Part shown: one piece after another, positions 60,997-64,000 of the stretch
Layout of the letters: the number at the start of each line of letters is the position of its first letter
Numbering within the stretch: position 1 is the first letter of the stretch
Origin: Alphaproteobacteria bacterium
GTDB taxonomy: Bacteria; Pseudomonadota; Alphaproteobacteria; Bin95
DNA length: 64,000 bases
NCBI GenBank assembly: GCA_963665325.3
Contig: OZ224045.1
Span: forward strand, 2,112,001-2,176,000
Direction of reading: 5' to 3'
The notes under the pieces: model-generated
Told to the model about the DNA's origin: nothing
The model's input: the letters and a program-made list of their open reading frames with translations, nothing else
Databases searched by the model: none
Made by a program: the position numbers and the translations under genes

Positions 60997-62511
60997 TCAG
61001 AGGCTTTTCCAGTCCTCTGCCTGCTCGAAGGCGTATGCGGCCCGGTAGATGGTGGCCTCGCCATAGCGCTTGCCGGCCAGCATCATGCCGATGGGAAGCC
61101 CGTCGCCCATGCCGCACGGGATCGACATCGCCGGATGGTGCGTGATGTCGAAGGGCGCGGTATTGCCGATCATCTCCAGCGCGCGCTGCACATATTCTTC
61201 GCGCGAGGCGTCGGGGCCCGGAAGCGGCGTGGCCTTGAGCGGCACCGTCGGCAGGAGCAGCAGGTCGCACTCGTCCAGCAACCTGTCGTATTCGGCCGCC
61301 AGGCGACGCGAGAGGTTGACCCCCTTGCCGTAGTAGCGCAGGCCGTAATGGTTGCGGATATAGGTGCCGAGCATGGTGAAGAGCTTGGTGGTCTCGGACA
61401 TCTGGTCTGCGCGGTCCCGCCACCGGTGGTGGAAGTCCATCAGGCTCGTCACATAAAGGTCCTGGCGGCTGTGGCCGTAGCCATCGCCCCACATCATGGT
61501 GCCGGTTAGCCCCTCGACGCCGATGGGGGTCCAGATGGCGGCGCCGATGGTGTGCATCGGGGCCGAGACCTCCCGGACTTCCGCGCCCATCTTCGCGAAA
61601 ATGTCCGCTGCCGCGCGGTTGGCCGCATCCACATCGGCTTCCGAGTTCGGGTGCCCGAAGCCTTCCTTGAGCACGCCGATCTTCATGCCCCGAACGCCGC
61701 CTTCCAGCATTTCGGAATAGGGGTGCGTCTCGACATCGTATTGCCTCGGGTCCAACCCGTCGGAGCCGGCGATGGCCTCCAGCATCAGCGCGTTGTCGCT
61801 GACGTTGCCCGTCATCGGGCCGGTATGGTCGACATAGACCTCGATGGGCATGATGCCGGTGTAGGGGACGAGCCCATGCGTCGGCTTCATGCCGTAGATG
61901 CCGCAATAGGCGGCCGGCATGCGGATCGAACCGCCCTGGTCGCCGCCGACCGCCATGTCCACTTCCCCGGCGGCGACGAGGGCCGCGGAGCCCGAGGACG
62001 AGCCGCCTGCGGAATAGCCCATCCGGTGCGGGTTGTGGACCGCGCCCGTTGCGTTGGTGTGGCTGCCGCCGGAGAGGCAGAAATTCTCGCAGTGCGCCTT
62101 GCCCTCGATGGTGGCGCCCGCATCCAGCAGCCGCTCGACGATGGTCGCGTCGACGTCCGGCACATAGCCTTCCAGCGTGGCCGCGCCGTTCATCATCGGT
62201 ACGCCCGCCAGCATCACATTGTCCTTGAGCGCGACCGTCTTGCCTTCGAGCTTGCCCCCTGCCGCGCCCTGGATGCGGGTCTTGTAGTACCAGGCGTTGT
62301 ACTTGTTCTCCTCGCCCTCCGGCCGGTAGCCGGGCACTCGTGGATAGCGAACCCGCGGCAGGTTGTCGGGAAGAGCGTCAACGACATTGTATGCGTCGAT
62401 GCTTCCGGCGATGAGGCCGAGGAAGGACTGGACGTCATCCTCGCTCAGCGACAGGCCCATCTCGTCCGCGACATCGCGCAACTGCTCCGCAGTCGGCATC
62501 TGAACTGGCAT
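60997..62511 (-). CDS. Amidase signature family enzyme (paralogue 1)
   Basis: ALKDN, GGSSSGS, GGDQGGSIRMPA. Confidence 0.93.
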   Translation of the reverse strand: MPVQMPTAEQLRDVADEMGLSLSEDDVQSFLGLIAGSIDAYNVVDALPDNLPRVRYPRVPGYRPEGEENKYNAWYYKTRIQGAAGGKLEGKTVALKDNVMLAGVPMMNGAATLEGYVPDVDATIVERLLDAGATIEGKAHCENFCLSGGSHTNATGAVHNPHRMGYSAGGSSSGSAALVAAGEVDMAVGGDQGGSIRMPAAYCGIYGMKPTHGLVPYTGIMPIEVYVDHTGPMTGNVSDNALMLEAIAGSDGLDPRQYDVETHPYSEMLEGGVRGMKIGVLKEGFGHPNSEADVDAANRAAADIFAKMGAEVREVSAPMHTIGAAIWTPIGVEGLTGTMMWGDGYGHSRQDLYVTSLMDFHHRWRDRADQMSETTKLFTMLGTYIRNHYGLRYYGKGVNLSRRLAAEYDRLLDECDLLLLPTVPLKATPLPGPDASREEYVQRALEMIGNTAPFDITHHPAMSIPCGMGDGLPIGMMLAGKRYGEATIYRAAYAFEQAEDWKSL

Positions 62512-62529
62512 TTTCTTCCTCCCTCGACG

Positions 62530-63246
62530 TCACCGTGCCGGTGTGCTGAAGCCCGTATAGGCGCTCATCATCTCGGCATTGCCCAGGTCGCGGCTGTCGA
62601 CCTGGCGGGTGATTTCACCCTTTTGCAGGATTAGCACGCGCTCAGCCAGCGCGGCGATGAAGTCCAGATTCTGCTCGACGAGCACGATCGTCAGCTTCTG
62701 CTGCGCTCGCAGGTCGCTCATGACGGCAGCAATTTCCTGGATGATGGAGGGCTGGATGCCCTCGGTCGGCTCGTCCAGCAGGATCAGGGACGGCCGGGCA
62801 CAGAGACAGCGGGCGAGCGCGAGCAATTGCTGTTCTCCGCCGCTGAGCGCTCCGCCGCGGCGGTCCAGCAATTCGCGCAGCCGCGGGAAATAGCCGAGGA
62901 TTTCCTCGACCCGCCCCCCGGGCTCCTCGCCGCGCGGAATGCCGACGAGCATGTTCTGGAGTACGGTCAGGTTGGGAAATATCTCCCGCCCCTGGGGCAC
63001 GAGCGCCATGCCGAGCCTGGCGCGACGCCAGGTCGGCAGCCGCCGAATTTCCCGTCCGTCGAAACGAATGCTGCCGCCGCTGACATTGACGAACCCCATG
63101 ATCGCGCGCAGCAGGGTGGTCTTGCCCATGCCGTTATGGCCGAGGATGCCGACTAGCTCCCCCTCGTCGACATCGAGCTCGATTCCATGCAGGACCGGGA
63201 CCGGCCCGTAGGTCGCCTGCAAGCCGCGTATCTCAAGCAGCGGCAT
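62530..63246 (-). CDS. UrtE/LivF-type ABC ATPase
   Basis: GHNGMGKTT, VPQGREIF, LSGGEQQ, DEPTEGIQPSI. Confidence 0.9.
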   Translation of the reverse strand: MPLLEIRGLQATYGPVPVLHGIELDVDEGELVGILGHNGMGKTTLLRAIMGFVNVSGGSIRFDGREIRRLPTWRRARLGMALVPQGREIFPNLTVLQNMLVGIPRGEEPGGRVEEILGYFPRLRELLDRRGGALSGGEQQLLALARCLCARPSLILLDEPTEGIQPSIIQEIAAVMSDLRAQQKLTIVLVEQNLDFIAALAERVLILQKGEITRQVDSRDLGNAEMMSAYTGFSTPAR

Positions 63247-63970
63247 TCGTTTCCTTTCCCAGATAAATCTCCTGGACCTCGGAATGCGCCATGATCTCCT
63301 CGACATGGCCCTCGATGAAGATGCGCCCGCGGTGGAACACGGTGACCGTGCTGGCGATGTCCTTGATGAAGTCCATGTCATGCTCGACGACGATCAGCGT
63401 CGTCTCGCCCGCGAGGTTCCGCACCACGCTTGCGAGGCGCGCGCGCTCCTCGCCCGCCATGCCCGCGGCCGGCTCGTCGAGCAGCACCAGGCGCGGCCGG
63501 CCGGCGAGCACCATCGCAAGCTCGACGAGCTGGCGTTGACCGTGGGCGAGCGTCCCGACCGTGTCTCCGGCAATCTCCGGTATCTGCATGAGTTCGAGCA
63601 CTTCGTCTGCGACCCGCGCCGCGGCATCGGCCCGGTTCGTGCGGGCCGCCGCCAGGCTGATGTTCTCGTAGGCCGGCAGGCCTTCGAACAGGTTCGGCAC
63701 CTGGGTCTTGATGCCGATGCCGCGCGCGACGATTTCGTGGGTGTGGCGGCCGCCTATTTCCTCGCCGTCGAACAGGATGGAACCGCTGCTGGGCCGCAAC
63801 TGTCCGGTAAGGCACTTGAAGAAGGTGCTCTTGCCTGCCCCGTTCGGCCCGATAAGGCAGCGCAACTCGCCCCGGGCCACGCTGAAATCGACATTGTCCA
63901 CCGCCACAACCCCGCCGAACCGCATGGTGAGATGCGATGTGGCCAGGATAGGTTCGGATGCGGGGCTCAT
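63233..63970 (-). CDS. UrtD/LivG-type ABC ATPase
   Basis: GPNGAGKST, LDEPAAGM, EHDM. Confidence 0.9.
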   Translation of the reverse strand: MSPASEPILATSHLTMRFGGVVAVDNVDFSVARGELRCLIGPNGAGKSTFFKCLTGQLRPSSGSILFDGEEIGGRHTHEIVARGIGIKTQVPNLFEGLPAYENISLAAARTNRADAAARVADEVLELMQIPEIAGDTVGTLAHGQRQLVELAMVLAGRPRLVLLDEPAAGMAGEERARLASVVRNLAGETTLIVVEHDMDFIKDIASTVTVFHRGRIFIEGHVEEIMAHSEVQEIYLGKETNAAA

Positions 63971-64000
63971 TGCGCCCGCTCCCGCGACGGCTGGCGAAGA

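Noticed and set aside
63967-64000. 3' end of an upstream ABC permease gene
   Set aside because: Only 34 nt are in the window; the ATGA overlap is suggestive but the product cannot be supported

Overview
High-GC, alphaproteobacterial-looking window (taxonomy is inference) with three parts. (1) 1-~14,900 is an unusual minus-strand replication/partition module. It has a full-length RepC with a candidate antisense ctRNA, three further RepC-derived genes (about nine RepC C-terminal-like domains in total, five of them in tandem in one 673-aa protein), one short ParA, five ParB-related genes (two full-length, three lacking the CTPase domain), a 46-bp-period array of AT-rich palindromes (candidate parS), inserted toxin-antitoxin/Uma2 genes and a class II ribonucleotide reductase. 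This is the best candidate for an undescribed system. (2) ~15,100-50,090 and 57,200-64,000 look chromosomal: adenylate cyclase, oxidoreductases, MoxR/VWA, CueR locus, msbA-waaA-lpxK, Liv-type ABC transporter, oxyR-katG, a probable UGA-readthrough AhpD-like selenoprotein with a SECIS-like hairpin, and tandem amidases, plus an orphan terminase small subunit and decayed gene fragments. (3) 50,098-56,703 is a small phage-satellite-like element integrated in tRNA-Arg(CCT) with 45-bp att repeats, a frameshifted integrase and an IS21 that appears to have deleted its centre. All family calls come from motif recognition by eye; no database searches were run.
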